Source of the DNA: an uncultured bacterium | GTDB lineage: Bacteria; Krumholzibacteriota; Krumholzibacteriia; LZORAL124-64-63 | Direction of reading: 5' to 3' | Length of the DNA stretch: 64,000 bases | Assembly: GCA_963727525.1 (NCBI GenBank) | Contig: CAVSGO010000007.1 | Span: 704,001 to 768,000, forward strand | Shown: piece by piece, positions 52,403-64,000 of the stretch | Numbering within the stretch: position 1 is the stretch's first letter | Layout: every line of letters starts with the position of its first letter | Position numbers and translations under genes: made by a program | Notes under the pieces: generated by a model | What the model saw: only the letters and a program-made list of their open reading frames with translations | Databases searched by the model: none | Told to the model about the DNA's origin: nothing

Positions 52403-53122
52403 TCACGCCTCGGCGGTCAGGGCCTGGCGCGCGTCCAGCAGCCGTTCCAGACGGCGGCGGGCCGCCAGGTCCTGGTCGTCGCTCTGCACCGCCGCCTCGG
52501 CGACGGGGATCGCGGCTGCCAGGGCCGACTGGACGCGCTGGTCGAGCAGAACGAGCCGATGGCCACGAACGGCCGCATCCTCGAAATGCTCCAGGTAGCC
52601 CTCGCACAGGCCGATGGCCACGTCGATCCGCCCGGCATGGACCTCGATGTCGCAGAGGTTCATCACGGCGTTGGGGTAGTTCGCCTGCAGTGCCAGAGCG
52701 TGTGTGACGGACTCGCGGGCGGCGTCGAGGTTGCCGGCGAGGTAGTGCGCCACGCCCAGGTTGTTGAGGACCTCGGGATCGTCGGGCGTGAGGGCGAGGA
52801 CGGTGATGAATTCGGAGATGGCGGCGTCGGCCTGGCCCAGATGGACCCGGGCGATGCCGAGGTTGAAGCGGACATTCGGGTTCTCGGGCAGCATGTCCGC
52901 CACGCGTGCGAACGAGGTGGCGGCCTGCGCGAAGTTGCCGACCGCGGCGTGGAAGGCGCCGAGGTTGTTGTGCCCCTCGGGGCTCTCCGGGAACTGGACG
53001 GTGACCTGCTCGAAGCAGTCCAGCGCGCTCTCGAGATCGCCGGCGGCGATCGCGTCCTGGCCGGACTTGACCAGAGCGATCATCTCCGAGGGCGGCGCGA
53101 AAGTGGATGTCTGTGGGCTCAT
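52403..53122 (-). CDS. TPR repeat protein
   Basis: Repeats HNNLGA.., RFNLGI.., LNNLGV..; GAGG RBS; start 53122 or 53128. Confidence 0.88.
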   Translation of the reverse strand: MSPQTSTFAPPSEMIALVKSGQDAIAAGDLESALDCFEQVTVQFPESPEGHNNLGAFHAAVGNFAQAATSFARVADMLPENPNVRFNLGIARVHLGQADAAISEFITVLALTPDDPEVLNNLGVAHYLAGNLDAARESVTHALALQANYPNAVMNLCDIEVHAGRIDVAIGLCEGYLEHFEDAAVRGHRLVLLDQRVQSALAAAIPVAEAAVQSDDQDLAARRRLERLLDARQALTAEA

Positions 53123-53183
53123 GCGCATGCCTCGCTGGCAAGAGTGATCACCGCCCCGGGATGGGTAGGTGCCGACACCGTGT

Positions 53184-53199
53184 TGCAACCGGTATGCCG
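53184..53199 (-). promoter_or_regulatory. Sigma54 (-24/-12) promoter upstream of the TPR gene
   Basis: Minus strand CGGCATACCGGTTGCA = GG-N10-GC, close to the TGGCAC-N5-TTGCA consensus. Confidence 0.6.
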
Positions 53200-53338
53200 A
53201 TCATCGAAACGGTGGTCGCGACATCGGGTTACGGGGCGCGAGGGTGCCGTGGCCCCCGGTTGGGGCGCCGTGGCGGCGACCAGAGCTGGCCACCGGCGGT
53301 CGGTTCCTGGCCAGAGATCCGAGGAACACGATATTTTC

Positions 53339-53367
53339 TTGGACTTAGCCAGGAACACCCTTAGTCT
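53339..53367 (+). promoter_or_regulatory. Sigma70-like promoter of nuo operon
   Basis: TTGGAC-17bp-TAGTCT with AT-rich upstream sequence, 43 nt before nuoA. Confidence 0.5.
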
Positions 53368-53409
53368 TTGCTCCCGTGATCTGCGACGACTGGTCGAGAG
53401 GAGAGCGTC

Positions 53410-53781
53410 ATGGCCGTTTCCGCCACGCAGGTGCTGCTGGTGCTGGCCGTTGCCGGCGGTTTCGCGTCCCTGTTTCTCGGGCTCAGCTACCTGCTGGGAC
53501 CCCGTCGGCCCGACGCTCTGAAGGCGTCGCCGTACGAGTGCGGCATCCCTCCGCGCAGCACCGTCCAGATCCGGTTCTTCATCCGCTTCTTCCTGGTGGC
53601 GCTCTTTTTCCTGCTTTTCGACCTGGAAGCGGTGTTCCTCTATCCCTGGGTGATCCTCTACCGCTCCTTCGTGGCCCACGGACAGGCCGCGTTCGCGCTC
53701 GGCGAGCTGGGTGTCTTCGCCACCATCTTGCTGGTGGGGCTCGTCTACGTCTGGCGCAAGGGAGGTCTGGAATGGCAGTAG
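53410..53781 (+). CDS. nuoA: NADH-quinone oxidoreductase subunit A
   Basis: PYECG, FLLFDLEAVFLYPW, WRKGGLEW. Confidence 0.96.
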   Translation: MAVSATQVLLVLAVAGGFASLFLGLSYLLGPRRPDALKASPYECGIPPRSTVQIRFFIRFFLVALFFLLFDLEAVFLYPWVILYRSFVAHGQAAFALGELGVFATILLVGLVYVWRKGGLEWQ

Positions 53782-54284
53782 ATCTCGCGCATCCCCAGAA
53801 TTTCCTGACGACACGGTTGCGTCAGGCCGTCAACTGGGGCCGCAAGTACTCGCTCTGGCCGATCCCGTACGGGACGGCGTGCTGCGCCATCGAGTTCATG
53901 AGCGCGGCGGCATCGTACTGCGACATCAGCCGTTACGGCGCCGAGCTGGTGCGGTTCTCGCCGCGCCAGAGCGATATGATGATCGTGGCCGGCACCATCA
54001 GCTACAAGCAGGCGCCGATCCTCAAGACCATCTACGCCCAGATGTGCGAGCCGAAGTGGGTGATCGCCATGGGCGTGTGCGCGAGCAGCGGCGGGTTCTA
54101 CAACAACTATGGCACGCTGCAGGGCATCGATCTGGTGATCCCGACCGACATCTACGTGGCCGGTTGCCCGCCCACGCCGGAAAACCTCTTCAACGGTCTG
54201 CTCCAGCTCCAGAAGAAGATCGAGATCGAAGGTCTGGTCCCCTCGCACGAGCGGCACGGGGATCGCGCGCGCATCGCCGGATAG
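53772..54284 (+). CDS. nuoB: NADH-quinone oxidoreductase subunit B
   Basis: TACCAIE, SPRQSD, MGVCASSGG, GCPPTPE. Confidence 0.96.
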   Translation: MAVDLAHPQNFLTTRLRQAVNWGRKYSLWPIPYGTACCAIEFMSAAASYCDISRYGAELVRFSPRQSDMMIVAGTISYKQAPILKTIYAQMCEPKWVIAMGVCASSGGFYNNYGTLQGIDLVIPTDIYVAGCPPTPENLFNGLLQLQKKIEIEGLVPSHERHGDRARIAG

Positions 54285-54308
54285 CCGAGACAACCCGGGA
54301 CGGGATTC

Positions 54309-56027
54309 ATGAGCCGTCAATTGGTGGAACGACTGCAGAAGGAATTCGGCGACGCCATCCTGCGCACCGACTCCCAGCATGGGGACGAGATGGTGTGGGT
54401 GGAGCCGTCGCGGGTGCTGGCCGTCCTGGAGCACCTGAAGCATCGCGAGTCGTGCGAGATGCTCGTCGACGTCATCGGCGTCGACTATCCCGACCGGACG
54501 CAGCGCTTCGAGGTGAACTACTCCGTGCGTTCGGTCACGAAGCCGCAGCGGCTGCGCGTGAAGGTGGACGTGGAGGAAGGCCAGGCCGTGCCCTCGGCGA
54601 CGGGCATCTGGCGCTCGGCCAACTGGCACGAGCGCGAGGTCTACGATCTGTTCGGCGTACACTTCAGCGGGCATCCCGACCTGCGCCGCATCCTCACGCA
54701 CCACCAGTTCGAGGGGCATGCGCTGCGCAAGGATTACCCCATCGATCTGGGGCAGGAGCTGACGGATCCGGAGAAGCTTTTCAGCGACCACGAGATCACC
54801 CAGGCCGCGCGCCGGGCGAGCCTGGCCCTCGCGCCCGACGGGAGCGGCGACGAGATCCACCCGTCGGATCTGCTGACTCTCAACCTGGGGCCGAGCCATC
54901 CGGCCACGCACGGCTGCCTGCGGATCGAGTGTCTGCTGGACGGCGAGACCATCGTGGGCGCGAAGAGCGAGATCGGCTACCTGCACCGCTGCTTCGAGAA
55001 GGAGGCGGAGGATCACACCTGGGCCCAGGTGATGCCGTACACCGACCGTCTCAACTACTGCTCGCCGATGCTGAACAACGTGCTCTATGCGCAGGCCGTG
55101 GAGAAGATGCTCGGCGTCGACATCACGCCGCGCTGCCGCGTGATCCGCGTCATCGTGAGCGAGCTGGCCCGGATCATCGACCATCTGGTTGCCATGGGCA
55201 CCAACCTCGTCGATATGGGCGCGTTGACGATCTACTGGTACACGTACAACGTGCGAGAATCGATCTACGAGGTCATCGAAAAGCTTTGCGGCAGCCGTCT
55301 GACCACGAACTACGCGCGCATCGGCGGCATGAGCCACGATCTGTATCCCGGTTTCGAGGACGAGGTGAGGGGCAAGCTGGTGGAACTGGCCAAGGGCCTC
55401 GACGACACCACCCGCCTCATCTCGCGCAACCGCATCTTCCTGGACCGCACCGTGGGCGTGGGCGTGATCAGCCGTGAGGATGCGCTGAGCTACGGGTTCA
55501 CGGGCCCGTGCCTGCGCGCTTGCGGGGTGCCGTTCGACGTGCGCAAGCTGCATCCGTACCTCGGTTACGAGGACTACGACTTCGACGTGCCGACGGGTGA
55601 CGCCGGCGACACGCATGCGCGCATCATGGTGCGCCTGGCGGAGATCGAGCAGAGCCGGCGCATCATCGAGCAGGCGTTGGCGAAGCTGCCGGGCGGCCCC
55701 GTGAACGTGGACGACCCTCGCGTGATCTTGCCGCCGAAGGAGAAGGTGTACGGCAGCATCGAGGGTGTGATGAACCAGTTCAAGCTCGTCTACGAGGGTA
55801 TCAAGGTGCCCGCGGGCGAGGCGTACGGGTTCGGCGAGGGCGCCAACGGCGAGCTGGGCTTCTACTGCGTGTCGGATGGCACGGGCCGTCCCTATCGCAT
55901 CAAGGTGCGGCCGCCGTGCTTCCCGATATTCGCGGCCTACACGCAGATGGTCACCGGCTCCATGGTGGCCGACGCCATCGCCACCCTGGGCAGCATCAAC
56001 ATCATCGCCGGCGAGCTGGATCGCTGA
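54309..56027 (+). CDS. nuoCD: NADH-quinone oxidoreductase fused subunit C/D
   Basis: ANWHEREVYDLFG..GHPDLRRIL..HALRKDYP (C); NLGPSHPATHG, GYLHRCFEK, GELDR (D). Confidence 0.95.
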   Translation: MSRQLVERLQKEFGDAILRTDSQHGDEMVWVEPSRVLAVLEHLKHRESCEMLVDVIGVDYPDRTQRFEVNYSVRSVTKPQRLRVKVDVEEGQAVPSATGIWRSANWHEREVYDLFGVHFSGHPDLRRILTHHQFEGHALRKDYPIDLGQELTDPEKLFSDHEITQAARRASLALAPDGSGDEIHPSDLLTLNLGPSHPATHGCLRIECLLDGETIVGAKSEIGYLHRCFEKEAEDHTWAQVMPYTDRLNYCSPMLNNVLYAQAVEKMLGVDITPRCRVIRVIVSELARIIDHLVAMGTNLVDMGALTIYWYTYNVRESIYEVIEKLCGSRLTTNYARIGGMSHDLYPGFEDEVRGKLVELAKGLDDTTRLISRNRIFLDRTVGVGVISREDALSYGFTGPCLRACGVPFDVRKLHPYLGYEDYDFDVPTGDAGDTHARIMVRLAEIEQSRRIIEQALAKLPGGPVNVDDPRVILPPKEKVYGSIEGVMNQFKLVYEGIKVPAGEAYGFGEGANGELGFYCVSDGTGRPYRIKVRPPCFPIFAAYTQMVTGSMVADAIATLGSINIIAGELDR

Positions 56028-56076
56028 GCCGGCACCACGCGACTGGGACCGAACGAGACCGAGGACGAACGGTAGC

Positions 56077-56607
56077 ATGGATAAGGCCGACACCTTCGCG
56101 CTGAGCGAGTCCGGAGCCGAGCAGGTGCGCGCGATCATCGCGCGTTATCCGACGAAGGCCAGCGCGCTCATGCCTTGCATCTGGGTGATCCAGGACGAGC
56201 ACGGGTACGTCTCCGAGAGCGGGGTCGACTTTCTCGTGGAGACGCTCGGCGTGACCCGCGCGCGCGTGATCGAGGTGCTCAGCTTCTACACGATGTTCCG
56301 CACCGAGCCGCAGGCGGAGTACGTCCTGCAGGTCTGCCACAACATCAGCTGTAACATCATGGGCGCCCGCAACATCATCGCGCACCTGGAGAAACGGCTA
56401 GGGATCCGCCTGGGCGAGCGCACGCCCGACGGCAAGTTCGCCATCGAGGGCGTGGAATGCCTCGGCGCCTGCGGGATGTCGCCCATGATGCAGATCGGCA
56501 AGCACTACTACGAGAATCTGACGCCGGAGAAGGTGGACGGCATCCTCGACAGCCTGCGCAAGGGCGTCATGCCGAAGGCCGACACCGACCGGACACTGGA
56601 GGCATAA
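56077..56607 (+). CDS. nuoE: NADH-quinone oxidoreductase subunit E
   Basis: FYTMF, CHNISC, ECLGAC. Confidence 0.95.
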   Translation: MDKADTFALSESGAEQVRAIIARYPTKASALMPCIWVIQDEHGYVSESGVDFLVETLGVTRARVIEVLSFYTMFRTEPQAEYVLQVCHNISCNIMGARNIIAHLEKRLGIRLGERTPDGKFAIEGVECLGACGMSPMMQIGKHYYENLTPEKVDGILDSLRKGVMPKADTDRTLEA

Positions 56608-57891
<1,284 letters not shown>

Positions 57892-57933
57892 CGGACGCGA
57901 CGCGTGACGACACGACGATAGAGGATGCGACGC

Positions 57934-59499
57934 ATGGCGAAGTTGACCATCGACGGCCAGGAGATCGAGGTTCCCGACGGCACTCGTCTCTTCGACGCCT
58001 GCCGGCTCGCGCGAGGCGAGGACCTGCCGCACTTCTGCTACCACCCCGATCTGAGCATCGCGGGCGTGTGTCGCTTGTGCCAGGTGGAGATCGAGGGCAT
58101 GCCCAAGCTGACGATCGCTTGCAACACCACGGTGCGCGACGGCATGGTCGTGGCGACCCGCAGCAAACGGGTGGAGCAGGCGGTGAAGCAGGTGCTGGAG
58201 ATGCACCTGATCAACCATCCTGTCGACTGCCCGATCTGCGACCAGGCTGGCGAGTGCGGGCTCCAGGATCAGTACATGGAGTACGGCCTCTACGAGAGCG
58301 AGGTCGCGAAGTCGGACAAGGTGCACAAGCAGAAGGTGCAGGTGATCGGGCCGCACGTGATCCTCGACAAGGAACGCTGCGTGCTCTGCAGCCGGTGCGT
58401 GCGGTTCTGCGAGGAGGTCACGGGCACGGGTGAGCTGGGCATCTTCAACCGCGGCGATCGTGCCGAGATCGGTGTGGCCCCGGGCGTGGAGCTGAACAAC
58501 AACTACAGCCTCAACACCGTGGATATCTGCCCCGTGGGTGCGCTCACGAGCCGCGACTTCCGCTTCAAGAAGCGCGTTTGGCTGCTGCGCTCCACGCCGG
58601 GCGTGTGCCCGGGCTGCGCGACCGGCTGCAATGTGCGCATCGATCACGAGGGCGGCCGGGTCTATCGCCTCAAACCGCGGCGCAACGAGCAGGTGAACGG
58701 CCCCTGGATGTGCGATCAGGGACGCATGACCTACAAGGATCTGCATGCCGAGAGCCGTCTGGTGCGAGCCGCGCAGCGGGGGACGGAGCTGAGCTGGGTG
58801 GAGGCCCGCGAGGCGTTGTTCTCGCTGGTGAAGGCGGGCAGCGTGACCTGCGCCATCACCAGTGGCCGGCAGACGCTGGAGGAACTGGTGCTCTTCCGCC
58901 GCCTGGCGCGCGCCGTGACCGGCGAGAGCCAGACGGTGGGTGGCCTGATCGACGAGGCGCGCGGCGAGGCCGACGACATCCTGCTGTCCGCCGACCGGCT
59001 GCCGAACCGGCAGGCCCTCGCGTGGCTGGGGCTGGCCGAGACGACCATCGACGCGCTGGTCGATCTGGTGGGCGGCAAGGGCGTGGTCCTCGTGTACGGC
59101 GGCGATCCGGCGGCCGAGCCCGCCGTGGCTGACGCGTTGCGCCGGGCGCGGGTGGTCTATCTCGGCACCCACCGCGGCGCCACCGCGGATCTGGCGGAGC
59201 TCGTGATTCCGATGGCGATGTGGGCAGAGAAGGACGGGCTCACCGTGAATGCGAAGGGACGTGTGCAACGCAGCCAGCGCGCCATCCTGCCGCCTGGCGA
59301 TGGCCGCGAGGACTGGCGCGTGCTGACGGATCTACTCTCGCACCTGGGAGGCGACCCGGCGGTGCCTGGCTTGCCGGCGCTGCGTCGTCTCGTGGCGCGG
59401 GAACTGGGACTGGACGACGAGGACACCCTCAACAACCTGCCCGCCGAGGGTCTGGCGCTCGACGTGGCCGCGCCAGCCGCGGCCGGCGAGGAGAGCTGA
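57934..59499 (+). CDS. nuoG: NADH-quinone oxidoreductase subunit G (short form)
   Basis: HFCYH..CRLC..C, NHPVDCPICDQAGEC, CVLCSRC..CPVGAL, CPGCATGC..WMCD. Confidence 0.92.
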   Translation: MAKLTIDGQEIEVPDGTRLFDACRLARGEDLPHFCYHPDLSIAGVCRLCQVEIEGMPKLTIACNTTVRDGMVVATRSKRVEQAVKQVLEMHLINHPVDCPICDQAGECGLQDQYMEYGLYESEVAKSDKVHKQKVQVIGPHVILDKERCVLCSRCVRFCEEVTGTGELGIFNRGDRAEIGVAPGVELNNNYSLNTVDICPVGALTSRDFRFKKRVWLLRSTPGVCPGCATGCNVRIDHEGGRVYRLKPRRNEQVNGPWMCDQGRMTYKDLHAESRLVRAAQRGTELSWVEAREALFSLVKAGSVTCAITSGRQTLEELVLFRRLARAVTGESQTVGGLIDEARGEADDILLSADRLPNRQALAWLGLAETTIDALVDLVGGKGVVLVYGGDPAAEPAVADALRRARVVYLGTHRGATADLAELVIPMAMWAEKDGLTVNAKGRVQRSQRAILPPGDGREDWRVLTDLLSHLGGDPAVPGLPALRRLVARELGLDDEDTLNNLPAEGLALDVAAPAAAGEES

Positions 59500-60776
59500 T
59501 GCTTGCGGTCATCCTCGAGACGCTGATCAAGATCATCTTCATGTTCGCTCTCATCATGGGCTTCGTGGTGGTGCTGATCTGGGCGGAGCGCAAGGGCTCG
59601 GCCTTCATGCAAGACCGTACCGGCCCCAATCGCGCCAGCGTGGCGGGGATCCGCCTGGCCGGACTCGTGCACCCGGTCGCCGACGTCTTCAAGCTGCTGT
59701 TCAAGGAAGACGTGGCGCCGGCGCAGCGCCACAAGGTGTTGTATGCGCTGGCGCCGGTGGTCGTCATGGTGGTGGCGGTGAGCACGTACGCGGTGATCCC
59801 GTTCGGCGACTACATCACCATCGCCGGTCGCCAGATCCCGCTGGTCGTGGCGAACCTCAACGTCGGCATGCTCTATGTGCTGGCGATCTCGAGCCTGGCG
59901 ACGTACGGCGTGGCGCTGGGCGGCTGGGCGAGCAACAGCAAGTACACGTTCCTCGGCTCGATGCGGGCGACCGCGTCGATGATCAGCTACGAGATCACGA
60001 TGGGCCTGGCGCTGATGGGGCTGTTCCTGGTGTTCGGAAGCCTGCGCCTGACGGACATCGCCGCAGGCCAGGGGCACCTCATCGGGGGCTGGTTGCCGAT
60101 GTGGGGCGTGGTGGTGCAGCCGCTGGGTTTCCTGCTCTTCATCACCTCGGTCTTCGCCGAGACGAATCGCACCCCCTTCGACCTCACCGAGCGCGACTCC
60201 GAGATCGTGGCCGGCTATCACACCGAGTACAGCTCGATGAAATTCGCCCTGTTCTTCATGGCGGAATACGCGCACATGGTCGTGGGCGCGGCCCTGATCT
60301 CGGCCCTGTATTTCGGCGGCTACCAGATCCCCTGGCTGCCTCGGGCGGTACTCGAGGCGCACGGGGGGGTTCTGCTCACGCTGGGGCTCCTGGTGACGGC
60401 GCTGGTGACGGCGCTCATCGCTCTGGCGTTCTTCCGCCGCGCCGGACGCGAGCGCGGCAAGTTCAAAGATGCCCGGGATCGCGAGCCCGGTTTCCTCGGC
60501 TCGGTCTTCCTGGTGGTGGCCGTGGCCTGCGTGGCGGCGCTGCTCTGGAAGCCGTGGACGCTGTCGGGCATCGGGCCCGGATTGTTCGCTACGCTGACTC
60601 AGACCGGGTTCTTCGTGGCCAAGGTGGCCTTCTTCGCCTGGCTGTTCATCTGGGTGCGCTGGACGGTGCCCAGTTTCCGCTACGACCAGCTCATGCGCCT
60701 GGGCTGGAAGATCATGCTACCGGCGGGCATCGCGAATCTCGCGATCACCGCCCTGGTCGTGGCGTTCACGGGGTAG
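59499..60776 (+). CDS. nuoH: NADH-quinone oxidoreductase subunit H (with internal two-TM insertion)
   Basis: ERK..QDRTGPNR, ADVFKLLFKE, GWASNSKY, ETNRTPFDL, RYDQLMRLGWK. Confidence 0.95.
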   Translation: MLAVILETLIKIIFMFALIMGFVVVLIWAERKGSAFMQDRTGPNRASVAGIRLAGLVHPVADVFKLLFKEDVAPAQRHKVLYALAPVVVMVVAVSTYAVIPFGDYITIAGRQIPLVVANLNVGMLYVLAISSLATYGVALGGWASNSKYTFLGSMRATASMISYEITMGLALMGLFLVFGSLRLTDIAAGQGHLIGGWLPMWGVVVQPLGFLLFITSVFAETNRTPFDLTERDSEIVAGYHTEYSSMKFALFFMAEYAHMVVGAALISALYFGGYQIPWLPRAVLEAHGGVLLTLGLLVTALVTALIALAFFRRAGRERGKFKDARDREPGFLGSVFLVVAVACVAALLWKPWTLSGIGPGLFATLTQTGFFVAKVAFFAWLFIWVRWTVPSFRYDQLMRLGWKIMLPAGIANLAITALVVAFTG

Positions 60777-60784
60777 GAGCGAGC

Positions 60785-61291
60785 ATGAGCTACAATGGAG
60801 TTCCCACCGGCACCACGGCCCGCAAGCGGTCCCTGTGGGAGGACATCTACATCGTCGAGATCGTCAAGGGTCTCGTGGTGACGATCAAGCACCTCGTGCA
60901 CAATCTGTTGCACACCGACGAAATGCCGACGGTGCAGTACCCCGAGGAGAAGAAGGTGTACGGACCGCGGTTCCGCGGTCGCCATCGCCTCATGAAGCGC
61001 GAGGACGGGTCGCCGCGCTGCGTGGCCTGCATGATGTGCAGCACCGTGTGCCCGGCCGACTGCATCGCGATCGTGGCCGGCGAGCACCCCGATCCCACCA
61101 TCGAGAAGTTCCCGAAGAGCTTCGAGATCGATCTGTTGCGCTGCGTGTACTGCGGACTCTGCGAGGAAGCTTGCCCCTGCGACGCCATCCGCATGGACAC
61201 GGGTATCTACGAGATCGCGGCCGACGACCGCAAGAAATTCGTGGTCGACAAGGAGTTCTTGCTCAACAACGACAAGGACGGGACGCGCTGA
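60785..61291 (+). CDS. nuoI: NADH-quinone oxidoreductase subunit I
   Basis: TVQYPEE, RFRGRH, CVACMMCSTVCP, CVYCGLCEEACP. Confidence 0.96.
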   Translation: MSYNGVPTGTTARKRSLWEDIYIVEIVKGLVVTIKHLVHNLLHTDEMPTVQYPEEKKVYGPRFRGRHRLMKREDGSPRCVACMMCSTVCPADCIAIVAGEHPDPTIEKFPKSFEIDLLRCVYCGLCEEACPCDAIRMDTGIYEIAADDRKKFVVDKEFLLNNDKDGTR

Positions 61292-61294
61292 ACC

Positions 61295-61810
61295 ATGGAA
61301 TCTTTCCTCTTCTACTTCTGCGGCGCGATGTTCCTGATCGGCGGGCTGGCCATGGTGACCAGCCGTAGCGCCGTGGCGGCCGCGTGCTGGCTGATATTTG
61401 CCTTCCTCGGCGCGTCCGGCCTGTTTGCATCGCTGTCGGCGCCGTTTCTGGCGGTGCTGCAGGTCCTGGTCTACGCCGGCGCGATCATGGTGCTCTTCCT
61501 CTTCGTCATCATGATGCTGCAGGGACCGGTGCTCGAGGGGGAAACGCCGCGGCTGAGGCCTTGGGTGCCCTTCGCGGCCGTGCTGCCGGCGGCGGCGATC
61601 CTGCTCACGGTAATCGTCTGGCTCAAGCGCGCGGCGTTCCCGGGTTTCGCGAACGAGGTGCCGGCCGGCTTCGGCTCGGTGGAGCAGGTCTCGCGCCTGC
61701 TGCTGGGCGACTACCTGCTGGCGTTCGAACTCATCTCGCTGGTGCTGCTCGTGGGCATTGTCGGGGCCCTGGCCCTGGGGCGAATCGAGAGGAGGCAGCC
61801 ATGGCGGTAG
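61295..61810 (+). CDS. nuoJ: NADH-quinone oxidoreductase subunit J
   Basis: QVLVYAGAIMVLFLFVIMML, FELISLVLL. Confidence 0.95.
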   Translation: MESFLFYFCGAMFLIGGLAMVTSRSAVAAACWLIFAFLGASGLFASLSAPFLAVLQVLVYAGAIMVLFLFVIMMLQGPVLEGETPRLRPWVPFAAVLPAAAILLTVIVWLKRAAFPGFANEVPAGFGSVEQVSRLLLGDYLLAFELISLVLLVGIVGALALGRIERRQPWR

Positions 61811-62106
61811 GCCTGAGCCATTACTTGATCCTGGCGGCGGCCGTCTTCGTGGTCGGGATGGTCGGTTTCGTCGTGCGGCGCAACGTCATCGTCATGCTCA
61901 TGTGCGTGGAACTGATGCTCAGCGCGGCCAACCTCGTATTCGCCGCCTTCAGCCGCGCGCTCGTCGACGCATCGGGGCACGTGTTCGTGATCATGAACTT
62001 CGCGGTGGCCGCGGCCGAAGCCGCGATCGGACTGGCGATCCTGGTGGAGATCTTCCGTCTGCGGCGGACGGTCGACGCGGACGAACTCACAACCCTGATG
62101 GAGTAG
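61801..62106 (+). CDS. nuoK: NADH-quinone oxidoreductase subunit K
   Basis: RRNVIVMLMCVELML, VAAAEAAIGLAI. Confidence 0.95.
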   Translation: MAVGLSHYLILAAAVFVVGMVGFVVRRNVIVMLMCVELMLSAANLVFAAFSRALVDASGHVFVIMNFAVAAAEAAIGLAILVEIFRLRRTVDADELTTLME

Positions 62107-62110
62107 GACT

Positions 62111-64000
<1,890 letters not shown>

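Overview
High-GC (about 70%) bacterial chromosomal window made almost entirely of core genes. No CRISPR array, IS, prophage or integrase was seen. Gene order: tgt(3' end)-yajC-def-fmt-rsmB-PASTA-rpe; an SDR; ffh-rpsP-khpA-rimM-trmD-rplS-rnhB-yraN; a 2131-aa orphan giant protein; tnaA plus a hypothetical; a lipoprotein; pfkA/rarA; deoB-cdd-deoA; PBP1A; a complete rrn operon (P1/P2, 16S, tRNA-Ile, tRNA-Ala, 23S, 5S, terminator); an ADP-forming acyl-CoA ligase; sppA; an isolated Wzc-like/BY-kinase pair; a POT/MFS transporter; ftcD; an MFP with two RND pumps; NYN and TPR proteins; and nuoA-L (truncated by the window edge). 16S signatures and gene content suggest an uncultured lineage such as Latescibacterota/Krumholzibacteriota; this is inference, not a search result. 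The best candidate for a new system is the giant ORF 10909-17304. By eye it reads as TPR, DnaQ-like exonuclease, DinG, RecQ (with an intact Zn ribbon) and UvrD modules in series. Every recognisable catalytic motif is degenerate while the 6.4-kb frame is intact, suggesting a multi-pseudo-helicase scaffold next to the YraN nuclease. All domain calls are by-eye motif matches and need HMM or structure confirmation.
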